A stretch of DNA of 64,000 nucleotides from Carcharhinus amblyrhynchos (lineage: Eukaryota): NCBI GenBank assembly GCA_965287045.1, contig OZ336870.1, forward strand, positions 108,128,001 to 108,192,000, read 5' to 3'. The position numbers and the translations under genes are program-made. Below, piece after piece: positions 12,561 to 24,298 of the stretch (its first letter is position 1; every line of letters starts with the position of its first letter). Under the pieces are notes generated by a model. That model saw only the letters and a list, made by a program, of their open reading frames with translations. It ran no database searches and was not told where the DNA came from.

Positions 12561-13499
12561 ACAACATTAAAAGAATGTGCCCCCCTCTCGATTACAGTAA
12601 CTTAATGTGGTCCGGGAGAGGAGGAGATAAACAGATACTTTATGTCTTTCCTGGAAGTTTGTTGTTAAGTGGATGTTTCTCATGCGTGTTTCTTTCAGAT
12701 TAACTAAAACGTTTCAAGCAGTAGAACATTTCCTACATTCGTGCTATTTAGATTCCACATTTGGAAATTTACATTTTTGATTTGCAGTGTGTGTTAATGT
12801 AATACGACCATAATGTGTCCAGGCAACGCGTGTCATTATTTTAGCACATCCTACTGATAACAGCAAAGCTAAACCAAACTGAAAATGCCAGAAATGCACA
12901 CTGAAAACATTCAACTGGTGTCAGATAAATTAACGTTTCAGGTGTAAACTCTACATAGATGCAACGTAAGATACAATCTCGGAAAATACGCATGCTGGAA
13001 TCTATGTTTCAGTGAATGTATGCATTAAACTGACTGCAACAATCAAGCAGGTCCCCGTTTGCAGTTCCTTGCCTTTACCATATCTGTCGATCCGTTACTC
13101 GAAACGACTGGCAGACAGCACAAGATTTTTGGTTGTATTGTCGACCAGGCGAATCAAACTTTAAGGGCACTGACCTACAATTTTTATCCAAATAGACCAC
13201 TCGCGTTAATGATGCCATCCTCATGGGCATGTGGAGCGAACGTGTGTTCTAGTTTGTTAAGTGTTGGGCTGATGATTTATCACTCCACTGATGTAGTTAA
13301 AGCAGTCATGGCAACAGTTGGTTTCAGAATATGGAACTTAAATGTATCAATATAAACACTGCCATAAATTATCTTGCTCATAATTGAACTATGGTAGGAG
13401 TTTGTGCTGTGAAGAAATGTAGGTAAATAGTTGATCGATGAATAAAGTTCAAATTTGAAAGAAAAAGTCCTAGATTAGAAAAGGATTGCCACTCCTCAG

Positions 13500-14127
13500 T
13501 ATTGCTCTGTAAATCTTCTGCTGGATGTGCATCTGAAAGGCAAGTGAGAACATGACCGAGCTTCGATGTGATGCCCCCTGCTGTCAAATATCAAAAGAGA
13601 ACGTTATAAAAGGATGGAAGGCAAGAGAAATTGAAGGACAAAGGATGATGATACAAGCCAAAGAGGAATGGTGATGGATGAAGTAAAAGGAAATCAAAAA
13701 TTGGTCTGAGCAGGTGAAAATGGCAATAGCAGAATCATTACCAGCAGCTGCTGTCAAGAGAGCAGTGGTTATGATCTGGATTTTTTGAACTTTGAATTTG
13801 TTAAGTCTGGAAGGGTGTAAAATTCCTAATTAAAAGATGAAGGTACTGTTCCTTGACCTTTCACTGAGCTTCATTATGATAACAGTGGAGGCCAATGACA
13901 GAGAGATCAGAGTGGAGCAGATAGTTAAAATAACATGCAACCAAAAACTTACAATTGCACTTGTGGACTTGAGAGAGGTGTTCTACAAAGCAGTCACTCA
14001 ATCTGCATTTGGTCTACCCAAGGTAGAGGAGACTGCACCGTATACCAAACGTACAGCATGCTAGATTGAAAGAAATTCAAGTAAATCATTGCTTCACTTA
14101 GAGTTGCATTTGGGGCTCTAGATGGTA
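13500..14127 (-). mobile_element. Penelope-like element remnant: GIY-YIG endonuclease C-terminus and 3' end
   Basis: Minus translation ...CSLLYLG*TKCRLSDCFVEHL...LVACYFN...HSDLSVIGL...KVKEQYL matches the PLE motif LYIGETKRRLGDRFAEHL...PVANHFN. Confidence 0.7.
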
Positions 14128-14128
14128 A

Positions 14129-15830
14129 ATTTGATTTGATTTATTATTGTCACATGTACTAACATGTAGTGAAAAGTATTGGTTCTCGCTTACTATACAG
14201 ACAAGGCGTCCTGTTCATAGAGAAGGAAACAAGAGAATGCAGAATATAGTGTTACAGACATAGCTAGGGTATAGAGAAAGATCAACTTAATGCAAGGTAA
14301 GTTATTCAAAAGTCTGGCAGCAGCAGACAAGAAGCTGTTCTTGAGTAGGTTGGTGTGTGACCTCAGACTTCTGTATCTTTTTCCCGATGGAAGAAGTTGG
14401 AAAAGAGAATGAACGGGGTGTGCGGTGTCCTTGATTATGCTGGCTGCTTTGCTAAGAGAGTGGGAAGTGTAGATAGAGTCACTGGATGGGAGGCTGGTTT
14501 GCCTAATGGATTGGGCTATATTCACTACCTTTTGTAGTTCTTTGTGGTCTTGGGCAGAGCAGGAGCCATACCAAGCTGTGGTACAACCAGAAACAATGCT
14601 TTCTATGGTGCATTTGTAAAAGTCTTAGCTGACATGCCAAATTTCCTTAGTCTTCTGAGAATGTAGAGCTGTCGGTGGGTTTTCTTAACTGTAATGTTGG
14701 CATGGGAGGACCATGACAGGTTGTTGATGATCTGGACACCTAAAAACTTGAAATTCTTGACCTTTTCTATTTTGTCCCATTGATGCATGTTCTCCTTTAC
14801 GCTTCCTGAAGTCGATGACAATCTTCTTTGTTTTGTTGACATTGGGGGAAAGATTATTGTTGCCACGCCAGTTCACCAGATTCTCTATCTCATTCCTGTA
14901 CTCTGTCTCTCCATTGTTTGCAATCCAACCCACTACAATGGTGTCGTCAGCAAACCTGAAAATCGATTTGGAGGGGAATTTGGCCACACAGTCATACATG
15001 TACAAGGAGTATAATAAGGGGTTGAGAACACAGCCTTGTGGGGCACTGGTGTTGAGGATAATCATGGAAGAGGTGTTGTTGCCTACCCTGACTGTGGTCT
15101 GTGAGTTAGGAAGTTCAGGGTCCAGTCACAATGGGAGGTGCCAAGACCCAGGCCACAGAGTTTAGAAATGAGTTTCGTGGGAATAATGGTGTTGAAGGCT
15201 GAGTTGTAGTCAATAAATAGGTCTGACATAGGTGTCCTTGTTATCTAGGTGTTCCAGAATTGAGTGCAGGGTCAGGCAGATGGCGTCTGCTGTGGACCTG
15301 TTGTGCTGGTAGGCAAACTGTAGTCCGAGAGACTGGAATTGATTTGTGCCATGACTAGCCTTTCGAAGCACTTTATAATGATGGATGTAAGAGCCACCGG
15401 CCATCTGCTTGATTTTTCATAGGTACTGGGATAATGTGTCTTCTTGAAGCAGATAGGGACCTCAGATTGTTGTAAAGAGAGGTTGAAGATGTCTGCAAAT
15501 ACTCCCGCCAGCAAATCTGCATAGGATCTGAGTGCTCATCCGGGTACCTCATTTGGGCCAGTCGTTTTCTGTGAGTTGATCTTCGAGAAAGCTGCTCTGA
15601 TATCTGCAATGGTGACCCCCAGACACAGGTTCATCGAGGCTTCCAGGGTGGAGAGCATTCTCTTGTTGACCTCTTGCTCAAAACAGGCATAGAGTGCATT
15701 GAGCTCATCAGGTTGGGGTGCATTGGAGCCAGCAATTTTACATGCCTTCATATTGTAGTCTGTTACGTCTTGCAGACCTTGCCATTGTCAGTGGGGGTCA
15801 GTATGGCTAGCCTAGGATTTTAGCTTGGTC
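14129..15830 (-). mobile_element. Rex1/Babar LINE, 5'-truncated and frameshifted
   Basis: RT motifs [46 protein letters not shown]; tail of (AAATC)n after AATAAA. Confidence 0.85.
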
Positions 15831-15844
15831 ACGAGATAATTGGG

Positions 15845-16030
15845 CCAATGTTATATCTCCTCAACATTCACATGAAGGTGCCAGGTGGAGAGTATAGAAT
15901 ATTGGGTGTAATTGAGGAGTGTATTATGGTATCATGGAGGGAACTGTGCCTTCAGAATGCTGAAAGGAGAAGGAAAGGTGCATTTAGAAAAGGAAATGGT
16001 GGATCAAGGTCATTTGGCAGAATATTTCAT
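15845..16030 (-). mobile_element. Upstream continuation of the Penelope-like remnant, separated by the Rex1 insertion
   Basis: Minus strand encodes an FLLLSAF*RHSSLHDTII-like segment typical of the PLE RT-endonuclease linker (PLSAFRRDRSLRDSLV). Confidence 0.5.
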
Positions 16031-16795
16031 CACCAAACAAGCTTCAAGACCTAGCTTAGCTGGTGGTGAGAAAGGCCCTCCCATCAGATCTTTCCTACAT
16101 GCCAGGAGCATGTTGCCCTTGAGGTGACTGTGGTGGGGAAGGTCACAATTGTTGACCTCCTTGTGGAATGTGCCTATACAAAAAAGGTGTGGAGAGAGAT
16201 GGGATGATTTTTGTCCAGGTTCACCCCCAGCAGCTCCATGATGCAGGAATCTGTGGTCTACGGGATGCACTCTGAGACGAACATCAGCTATTGGTGGAGG
16301 ATCATCAACTCAGTGGAAGATGTTCTTTTGATCTGCCTGAAACTTGTTTGGCTCCAATACAAGGAAATGTCCCTGGCCAAGTGCTGCAGACTGGCACATT
16401 CCAATGCCCAGGCCTGCCTGTTGAGGGGCACACTAAAGCTTGGGGCAGCTGCTGCCGAGGTGCAATACAGGAAGGTCGCTGTCTGAGATCTTTCAGCCAC
16501 AGTGCACCGAGAGGAGGGGAACTGCATGGAACCCCTTCAGGCTGTATGACTTACATTGATTGTATACAGTGAATGTTACATATATCACAATTGCATTGAA
16601 ACATCTCAGAGTGCAACTTGATCTAGATAGACAACTTAAATATCTTTGCATCGTTTATAATGACCATATTGAAATAGCTGTATGTTTCTTTGACTGTATT
16701 GAAGAGTCTCAGAGTGCAACATGATGTACATAGAACATGAATATTATTGCATTTTATGTGATGGCAGTTTTGAAATGTTTGAAATGTTCTTTCAG
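16030..16795 (+). mobile_element. L1-Tx1 clade LINE 3' fragment (end of ORF2 and 3'UTR)
   Basis: SRFTPSSSMMQESVVYG...WRIINSVEDVL...CCRLAHS...LKLGAAAAEVQYRKVAV* resembles fish Tx1 ORF2 C-termini. Confidence 0.65.
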
Positions 16796-17115
16796 ATTTC
16801 TTTTTGCAAAAATATACTTTATTCATATAAAATCTGGAAGACACATTACAAAACATCTCCAAGGATGACAGATGAAATTTACATTTTCTCCAGAGGTGCT
16901 TCAGTTCAATAATAAGATCATTACATATATTTCAATATTTTTATTATAGAGAAAAATTATTTACAAACTATATACTTAGGTCATGTTGCACTCTGCAGTA
17001 CTTCAATGACGTTACACATAGTTGAAATTAAACACACGGTCTGAGGGGTTTTACCCGGTTATTAGCCCCTCGGTCTACGTTGGTTAAAAGTCCTCACACA
17101 GTGGCCTTCCCCCAT
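16796..17115 (-). mobile_element. Second Tx1-like 3' end, opposite orientation
   Basis: Minus strand has WGKATV* then a 3'UTR homologous to 16460-16790, ending gaataaagtatatttttgcaaaaag. Confidence 0.6.
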
Positions 17116-17524
17116 TACACCTTGGTGATTACAAGTATATCTTTGCAAAAAAAGTCCTTCGATGTGGTTATATCTAGCCCTCAGTAGGAGGTTTGTCTCC
17201 AACAACCGGTGTGGTTATTATAGCTTGGCGCAGGAAAAAGACCATTCACACATTCTCAAGTGGCCATTATCCAGTCCAATTTCTGTAGACAAAGTGTCTG
17301 TGGCAAACCACCACCTCAAGGATCTGTGTGTTTGTGTGTGTATTTAGTCAAATAAATAAAACTGAAAATAAAAAGCTGCTAGCAGCAAAAGTGACCTTGG
17401 ATTTGTCTGACTGGTAGAAACCCAACTGGTCCACTAATACCTTTTTTCCAAAACATAAACTTTATTCCTAAAATTTACACAAGTACTTTGTGATAATTCG
17501 AAGTTGACATTACTGTGTTGCAGT

Positions 17525-17662
17525 AACTAAATTGCTCCTTAGTGTCAGGGGGATTATTAGCAGGGTGGATGCATGGGGTTATGGGGATAGGGACTAGGTG
17601 GGATTGCAGTCGGTGCGGGCTCCATGGGTCGCATGGTCTCCTTTTGCACTGTAGGGATTCTA
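17525..17662 (+). repeat. V-SINE 3' part
   Basis: ctaaattgctccttagtgtcagg...gtagggattcta. Confidence 0.7.
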
Positions 17663-17859
17663 TAAAAACTGAGGCACGCGTGAAATATTCACTGTATACA
17701 TTCAGTTCTGCCTCTCATTCTTTCGCAACCAGACTGTAGTGTGGTGGGAGTACGACTTTTAAACCTTCCCCTTACACAATGTCCTGTCGTGTGAAGTGTT
17801 TGGGTGGAGTGCCGGACTTTGATTAGACTTTTGCGGCTTACCTGGTGTAGAGCGTTTAC

Positions 17860-18066
17860 AATCCGGAATGTAGAGTGACAGCCGGATCGTCCTATGAGAG
17901 ACAGCACCGTGACGTCACTCCGAGCCAGCAGCCAATGGGAGCCTCTGTAAGGGGGCGGGCTAAGCGCAGGTGAGCGGGCAGGTGGGGGAGCGGCAGTGCC
18001 GGCGGAGCGGCTCCCAGACCCCCAGCGGCCGGGAGGAGGAGGGCGAGCAGTGACAATCCGCCAGCC
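17860..18066 (+). promoter_or_regulatory. SOWAHB proximal promoter: CRE, CCAAT box, GC box, CpG island
   Basis: Palindrome GTGACGTCAC at 17909-17918, CCAAT at 17932-17936, GGGGGCGGGC at 17951-17960. CpG-rich sequence continues into the CDS. Confidence 0.7.
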
Positions 18067-20073
18067 ATGGCCGCCACCTTCAGTCAGGAGGCCGTTCTGG
18101 ATTTCCTGCTGCTCCACCGCGGCAAGGTGAGGAATGTGGAGCTGACTGCCCACTTCAGCCGCTTCCTCAGAGACCCCGAGCGGCAGCTGCAGAGCCGCGA
18201 ACTCTTCAAGGAGTTTGTCAACTCGCTCGCTGTGGTGAAGTTGGAGGGCGGCGAGAAGTACATCGTCCTGAAGAAAAGGTACGTGGAACTGATCCCCGAA
18301 GAGGTTGACACTTCGGGCGACGCCGTCCTGCCTGCTCGCCCGGTCAGGGGAGAGAAGGAGAGGCAAAGGGCAGCTCAGTGCACCCAGCTGCCGCCGCCTG
18401 CTGCTGCTGGACAGCTGGCAGGGAGTCCGCTCCGGGCTCGGCAAAGGCAACAGGAGGCAGCAGCAGCACCGAAAGGCAGCAATGCTCACCGTCCCACCAG
18501 AGCCCAGGAGAAAGCTGCTCCCAAAGAGGAAGTGAGTGGATGCACCTCAGTGCGCGAAGATTGTCCCTCACAACCTGAGCCGACAAGGAAAGATGCCAAA
18601 AGAACCAATGTAGACCAAGCCGTTCGACAGAGGGATTCGAGTGGAGTGACCAACTCAACAGAGCAGAAATCTATAAATCTTCAAATCAAAAACAGAAGAG
18701 GTCCTGTATCTCCAAGCCATTGCACTGGTGACAATGTGAGAGTATTTAATAGAGATAGCAAAGGCAGCAGTAATTGCACAGCCTCGCCCAACATTTCTCA
18801 TCTCGCCCCTCCTCCCTCTGTTGTTAAGTGTAAAGGGCAGGGACTCTATAGACTACCCCCGGAGAACAATTCCGTGGTCATTTCTGATGTACCTGTCACT
18901 GAAAACTTGCAGTTGAATTGCGAGCAGAGTCCGCCGGAGAATTTTGCACAGAAGTCAGAAAAACGTTTTCAGAGAGAGCAGAGGCAGAGCTGTGCGGTTA
19001 CTCAGCAGAACAAAATGATCAACCACTGGCAGAACCCTTCATCATCAAAGAAACGTAGAAGTACTGACAAAGTACAGAAAATATCACCAACCGAGAGTGA
19101 CACCAAAGTGCTTGTAAATTCAGCAATAAATACAGAAGAACGCATTCAAAAGAATCAGAGAAAGCTGTCGCAGCAGCAAAGTCGGGCATCTGCTGGAGAT
19201 GGGCAGCCATTGGGTAATAAATGGCATTCTAAAGCGCAAAGTATATTGCCCAAAATACGCAAGCCTTCTCTTAAAAATATTAAGAGTAATGTACTTTCTC
19301 AGAAAATGCCAACAGTTCCATTAGTCGGTAACAAATCAACTACTCCAAAAATAGTCGACAGAGAAACAGTTCGGCACAAAAAGGATCAGCCAGTAAGTTT
19401 AGCCCAGACAGAGAGTCACAACGAGTGCAGAAATGAGGATCCATTAAAAACTGAGGGTGCTTCAGAAAAACCTTTTCTCGATCCTACTGAGCATGAATGG
19501 ATGGTGGAGACAGCTGTTGGCAGGTTTGGACAGGCTTATGGTTTATTCTGCAAAGACCCTAACTTTGCCATGAAGAAGGATTTTATTTCTGGCTACACAG
19601 TGCTTCACTGGATAGCAAAACATGGCAACCACCGTGCGCTCTCTCGCTTTATTAATGGTGCAAGTAAAATGAAAGTTAAATTAAATGTAAACATTAAATC
19701 TACCTGTGGGTACACTCCTTTACACATAGCTGTTATACATGAACAGTTGAAAATCATTCAATACTTAGTGAAGAAATATCAAGCAAATGTTAATTTAAGG
19801 GACCACAGTGGTAAGAAACCTTGGCAGTACCTGAACAGTGACTCTCCCAAGGATGTGTGCCAGATGTTGGGTGCTCCTGCACATAAACATGCAATGCATT
19901 CTGAGAACAACAGCACATTTCGAGCAAAGAACAACACGCAAGGATCGTCTCCTGCTATAAGTAGAAAAACATCTTTCACTGCTCTTCTCAAATCTCCACG
20001 GGTTCTTCACAACCTCATGCATTGGGACTCTGATCGCTGTCATACAATAATTGAGGATAATGAACAAGACTGA
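18067..20073 (+). CDS. SOWAHB: Ankyrin repeat domain-containing protein SOWAHB (single exon, 668 aa)
   Basis: Strong Kozak context (ccagccATGg). SOWAH N-terminal domain FSQEAVLDFL...RELFKEFVNSLA...KYIVLKKRY. C-terminal ankyrin repeats DFISGYTVLHWIAKHG / CGYTPLHIA / RDHSGKKPWQYL as in SOWAHB. Syntenic position between SEPT11 and SHROOM3. Confidence 0.92.
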   Translation: MAATFSQEAVLDFLLLHRGKVRNVELTAHFSRFLRDPERQLQSRELFKEFVNSLAVVKLEGGEKYIVLKKRYVELIPEEVDTSGDAVLPARPVRGEKERQRAAQCTQLPPPAAAGQLAGSPLRARQRQQEAAAAPKGSNAHRPTRAQEKAAPKEEVSGCTSVREDCPSQPEPTRKDAKRTNVDQAVRQRDSSGVTNSTEQKSINLQIKNRRGPVSPSHCTGDNVRVFNRDSKGSSNCTASPNISHLAPPPSVVKCKGQGLYRLPPENNSVVISDVPVTENLQLNCEQSPPENFAQKSEKRFQREQRQSCAVTQQNKMINHWQNPSSSKKRRSTDKVQKISPTESDTKVLVNSAINTEERIQKNQRKLSQQQSRASAGDGQPLGNKWHSKAQSILPKIRKPSLKNIKSNVLSQKMPTVPLVGNKSTTPKIVDRETVRHKKDQPVSLAQTESHNECRNEDPLKTEGASEKPFLDPTEHEWMVETAVGRFGQAYGLFCKDPNFAMKKDFISGYTVLHWIAKHGNHRALSRFINGASKMKVKLNVNIKSTCGYTPLHIAVIHEQLKIIQYLVKKYQANVNLRDHSGKKPWQYLNSDSPKDVCQMLGAPAHKHAMHSENNSTFRAKNNTQGSSPAISRKTSFTALLKSPRVLHNLMHWDSDRCHTIIEDNEQD

Positions 20074-20344
20074 AGCATAACTTTTAATATATTTGATAAT
20101 TCATATCAGAAATAGGAATCTTGCTGCTGGATCTGTAATGTATTTAATGCATTTATTCATTGTGGTAGCATTTTTCAAAGTAATTTATATATTTTTAATT
20201 GATACATTGCAACTGGGTCTGATATTGTTAAACTGTACCTCAAGTGAAGAGTTCAGATTATGCCATCAATCGCAGCAGTGAAGATTGAGTTTTCTCTCAA
20301 TGCCTGCTGTAACTTGAAATTGTACTTAAAGCCATAAAAGTTAT

Positions 20345-20580
20345 TTACAAACATGCGAGGCCACTTGGCTCCTCAAGCCTGCGCCATCATTCAGTGAGAT
20401 CATGCCTGATCTGATTGTAACCTCAACCCCACATTTCTGCCTACCCTCTCCCAATAACCTTTCACCCGCTTGTTACGCAAGAATTTATCTAGCTCTGCTT
20501 AAAAATATTATAAGAAATTCCATGGCTGTTGAGGAAAACTCACCACCCTCTCTGAGATAAAAAAAATTCTCCTCGCCTCC
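20345..20580 (-). mobile_element. CR1 3'-tail fragment
   Basis: ggccacttggctcctcaagcctg...tcagtgagatcatgcctgatctgattg is the reverse complement of the CR1 3'UTR seen elsewhere in the window. Confidence 0.6.
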
Positions 20581-20987
20581 GTAATTTCTATTCTAATTTA
20601 TTTTTCTCTGTGTAAAGTTCCCACAACTTTCAAACAATCTCTGTTGGCAGTGTGCTTGGTTCGTACTAGGGTACATGTACTAGGGTACATTTGCTGCCCA
20701 TTTTCTAGTAATTCACCAAGTCCTCCTTCATGTGAAGCTTTGAACAGTAAATGTCTTTAATCTGATTGTGGAGGGCATTAGTGCTGTTTCTTCTGAAATC
20801 AATGCAGTTTACCTCAGCAGTCCCTGACAGTGATAAGGAGAAGGAATTTCCTTCCCTCTTCCTTAGATCAAGTGTGTCTGCCGTTTTCACTTTTAGGATC
20901 TAGAAATTCAGTCAACCCAGCTGTTATTTTGTATATAAGTGTGGCACTTTTTTTTCCTCTAGTTTTGAACACCAATAACTGCGCATA

Positions 20988-22131
20988 TAAGGCGTTTGAT
21001 AAGGTTCACCATGGTAGGCTTCTGCAGAAAATGCAGATGTATGGGATTGAGGGTAATCTAGGAAATTGGATCAGGAATTGGCTAGCAGATAGGAGACAGA
21101 GGGTGGTTGTTGATGGTAAATATTCGTCATGGAGTTCAGTTACGAGTGGTGTGCCTCAGGGATCTGTTTTGGGGCCACTGCTGTTTGTAATTTTTATTAA
21201 TGATCTGGATGAGGGTATAGTTGGGTGGATTAGTAAGTTTGCTGATGACACCAAAGTCGGAGGTGTGGTAGATTGTGAGGAAGGGTGTCGTAGTTTGCAG
21301 GGTGACTTAGACAGGTTGCAGAGCTGGGCCGAGAGGTGGCGGATGGAGTTTAATGCGGAGAAGTGTGAGGTAATTCACTTTGGTAGGAATAACAGATGTG
21401 TCGAGTATAGGGCTAACGGGAGGACTCTGAATAGTGTGGATGAACAGAGGGATCTAGGTGTATGTGTACATAGATCCCTGAAAGTAGGGAATCAAGTAGA
21501 TAAGGTTGTTAAGAAGGCATACAGTGTCTTGGCGTTTATTGGTAGGGGGATTGAATTTAGGAGTCGCAGCGTCATGTTGCAACTGTACACAACTCTGGTG
21601 CGGCCGCACTTGGAGTATTGTGTGCAGTTCTGGTCCCCACATTATAGGAAGGATGTGGAGGCTTTGGAGAGGGTGCAGAGGAGGTTTACCAGGATGTTGC
21701 CTGGTATGGAGGGGAGGTCCTATGAGGAGAGACAGAGGGATTTGGGGTTGTTTTCGCTAGAAAGAAGGCGGCTAAGAGGGGATCTTATTGAAACATATAA
21801 GATGATTAGAGGTTTAGATAGGGTGGATAGTGATAGCCTTTTTCCTCGGATGGAGAAAGCTAGCACGAGGGGGCATGGCTTTAAATTAAGGGGAGGTAGT
21901 TATAGGACGGATGTCAGGGGTAGGTTCTTTACCCAGAGGGTGGTGAGGGATTGGAATGCCCTGCCTGCTGCAGTTGTAAATGCGCCTAGTTTGGGGGCGT
22001 TTAAGAGATCCGTGGATAGGTTTATGGATGAAAAGGGATTGGTTTAGGTTAGAGGGTCATTGTTTTTTAACTGGTCGGCGCAACATCGTGGGCCGAAGGG
22101 CCTGTTCTGCGCTGTAATGTTCTATGTTCTA
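20988..22131 (+). mobile_element. Young 5'-truncated CR1 LINE (RT C-terminal part, frame open to 22047)
   Basis: [33 protein letters not shown]; (TTCTATG)n tail; TATAA at both junctions. Confidence 0.92.
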
Positions 22132-22807
22132 TAATTGGTCATGGCCTGGGCCACTACAAACTTGCTGTTTCCTGACACTTTGGTATCTGATGTTCCTATT
22201 ATTGAAGTATTCTCAAACTCTGCAGCATACTGCAGGTGGACATTCAGGATTGTGTGGCATGTTGAGAGATCACAAATTCCTGCCAACATTTTGAGCAAAA
22301 TTCAATGTGCTGGAGCCAGGAATATTAGAAAGGAAATAAGCTGAGGAAGGTAAATAAGACGGCTGGAAAAAATTAGAAGAGAAAGGTAAAGTTCCCGTAA
22401 ACTTTGAAGGAACTAAAAATCAAATTTTGTAATAAAGCTGACTAATAAACATTAGCCAGCAATTTTCTCTGCAAAACATCAGGCAATTTTTGCCACGATC
22501 CTTTGCACGTTTTCAGTGAGTCTGGTCATGATTGCGTATTGAACTTGATGCTTGTAGTTACTGTGTATGAAGATCAGTAGATTACATCAGCACTGCAACT
22601 ATATTTCTCAGTTTATCAACATCACTAATGTGACTACGCTCCTCAGGTCAGTCTATGTGCATCAGCGTTGTAAGTAAACTCTAGGATATATGTTCTTCAG
22701 CACCGTGATTACATTTCTGGGGTGTATCTGTGTACAACAGCATTATGATTATACTCCTCAAAGAAATCTGTGTGCGACAATACTGAGATTATATTTCTGG
22801 AGTGTAT

Positions 22808-24298
22808 TTTTTTAATTCATTTACGGGATGTAGCCATCACTGGCTAGGCCAGCATTTATTGCCCATCCCTAGTAGCCCTTGAGAAGGTGATGGTGAGCTG
22901 CTTTCTTGAGCTGCTGCAGTCCCTGAGATGTAGATACATCCACAGTGCTGTTAGGGAGAGAATTGCAAAATTTTGACAGTGAAGGAATAGTGATGTATAT
23001 ACAAGTCAGGATGGGGAGTGACTTGGAGGAGAACCTCCAGGTGGTGGTATTCTTAGATATCTGCTGCCCTTGTCCTTCTAGATGGTAGTGGTCGTGGGTT
23101 TAGAAGGTGCTGCCTGAGGAGCCTCGTGTTCTTGCAGTGCACATTGTAGATAGTACACAATGCCACTACTGCACGTCAGTGGTGGAGAGATTGAATGTTT
23201 GTGGAAGGGGTAGCAATCAAGCGGGCTGTTTTTTCCTGGATGGTGTTGAACATCTTGAGTGTTGTTGAAGAAACACCCTTCCAGGAAAGTGGAGAGTATT
23301 CCATCAGATTGCTGACTTGTGTCTTGTATATGATGGAGAGAATTTGGGGAATCAGGAAATGAGATACTCGCTGCAGGATTCATAGCCTTTGACCTACTCT
23401 TGTGGCCACAGTATTTATATGGCTAGTCCAGTTAGTTTCTGGTCAATAACTCCTAGCATGTTGATAGTGGGGGATTCAGTGATGATGATGCCATTGAACG
23501 TCAAGGGGTGATGGTTAAATTCTCTTTTATTGGAGATGGTCATTCCCTGGCATTTGTAGAGCACAAATGCTACTTGCCATTTGTCAGCCCACACCTGGAT
23601 AATTGTCCAGATCTTGCTGCATTTGAAGTTGGACTGCTTCAGTATCTGAGGAGTGCTAATGGTACTGAACAATGTGCAGTCATTGGTAAACACCCCCACT
23701 CCTGACTGTACAATGGAAGAAAGACCTTCGAGGAAGCAGCTAAAAGTGGTTGGGTGAGGGTACTACCTTGTGGAACTCCTGCACTGATATCCTGAAGCTG
23801 AGATGATTGACTTCTAACCATCAGGACCATCTTCCTTTGTGCCAGGGATGACTCCATGAGAGTTTTTCCTCTGATTCCCATTGATTTCAGTTTTGCTAGG
23901 GCACCTTAATGCCATTATCAATCAAATGCTGCCTTGATGTCAAGGGCTGTCATCCATTTCATCTCTAGAATTCAGCTCTTTTGTCCATGTTTGAACAAAG
24001 GCTGTAATGGGGTCAGGAACTGAGTGGCCTTGGCAGAACCCAAATTGAGCCTCCGTGAGTAGGTTATTGTTAAGTGTACTTGATAGCACTTTGACGACTT
24101 TTGCAATCACTTTACTGATGATTGGGAGTAAACTGATGGGATGATAATTGGTCAGGTTGGATTTATTCTGTTTTTGAACATAGGACATACCTGGGCAATT
24201 CGCCATGTCCTTACTATTTGCCAGTATTGTAGCTGTACAGGAACAACATGGCTGGGGGCGTGGCTAGTTCTGGAGCATAAGTCTTCAATAATATTGAC
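22808..24298 (-). mobile_element. Older CR1/L2-group LINE fragment (RT and 3' tail)
   Basis: NYHPISLLPIISKV, QFGFCQGHS, GVPQGS, WADKWQV; frameshifted; tail gggcaataaatgctggcctagccag. Confidence 0.8.

Noticed and set aside
17689-18489. 266-aa antisense ORF over the SOWAHB 5' end
   Set aside because: Expected shadow ORF of a GC-rich CpG island and CDS; no recognisable domain.
20830-20987. Hydrophobic N-terminus of the 405-aa ORF as a domesticated membrane-anchored RT
   Set aside because: No ATG start and AT-rich flank read in frame with a 5'-truncated young CR1; no sign of selection.
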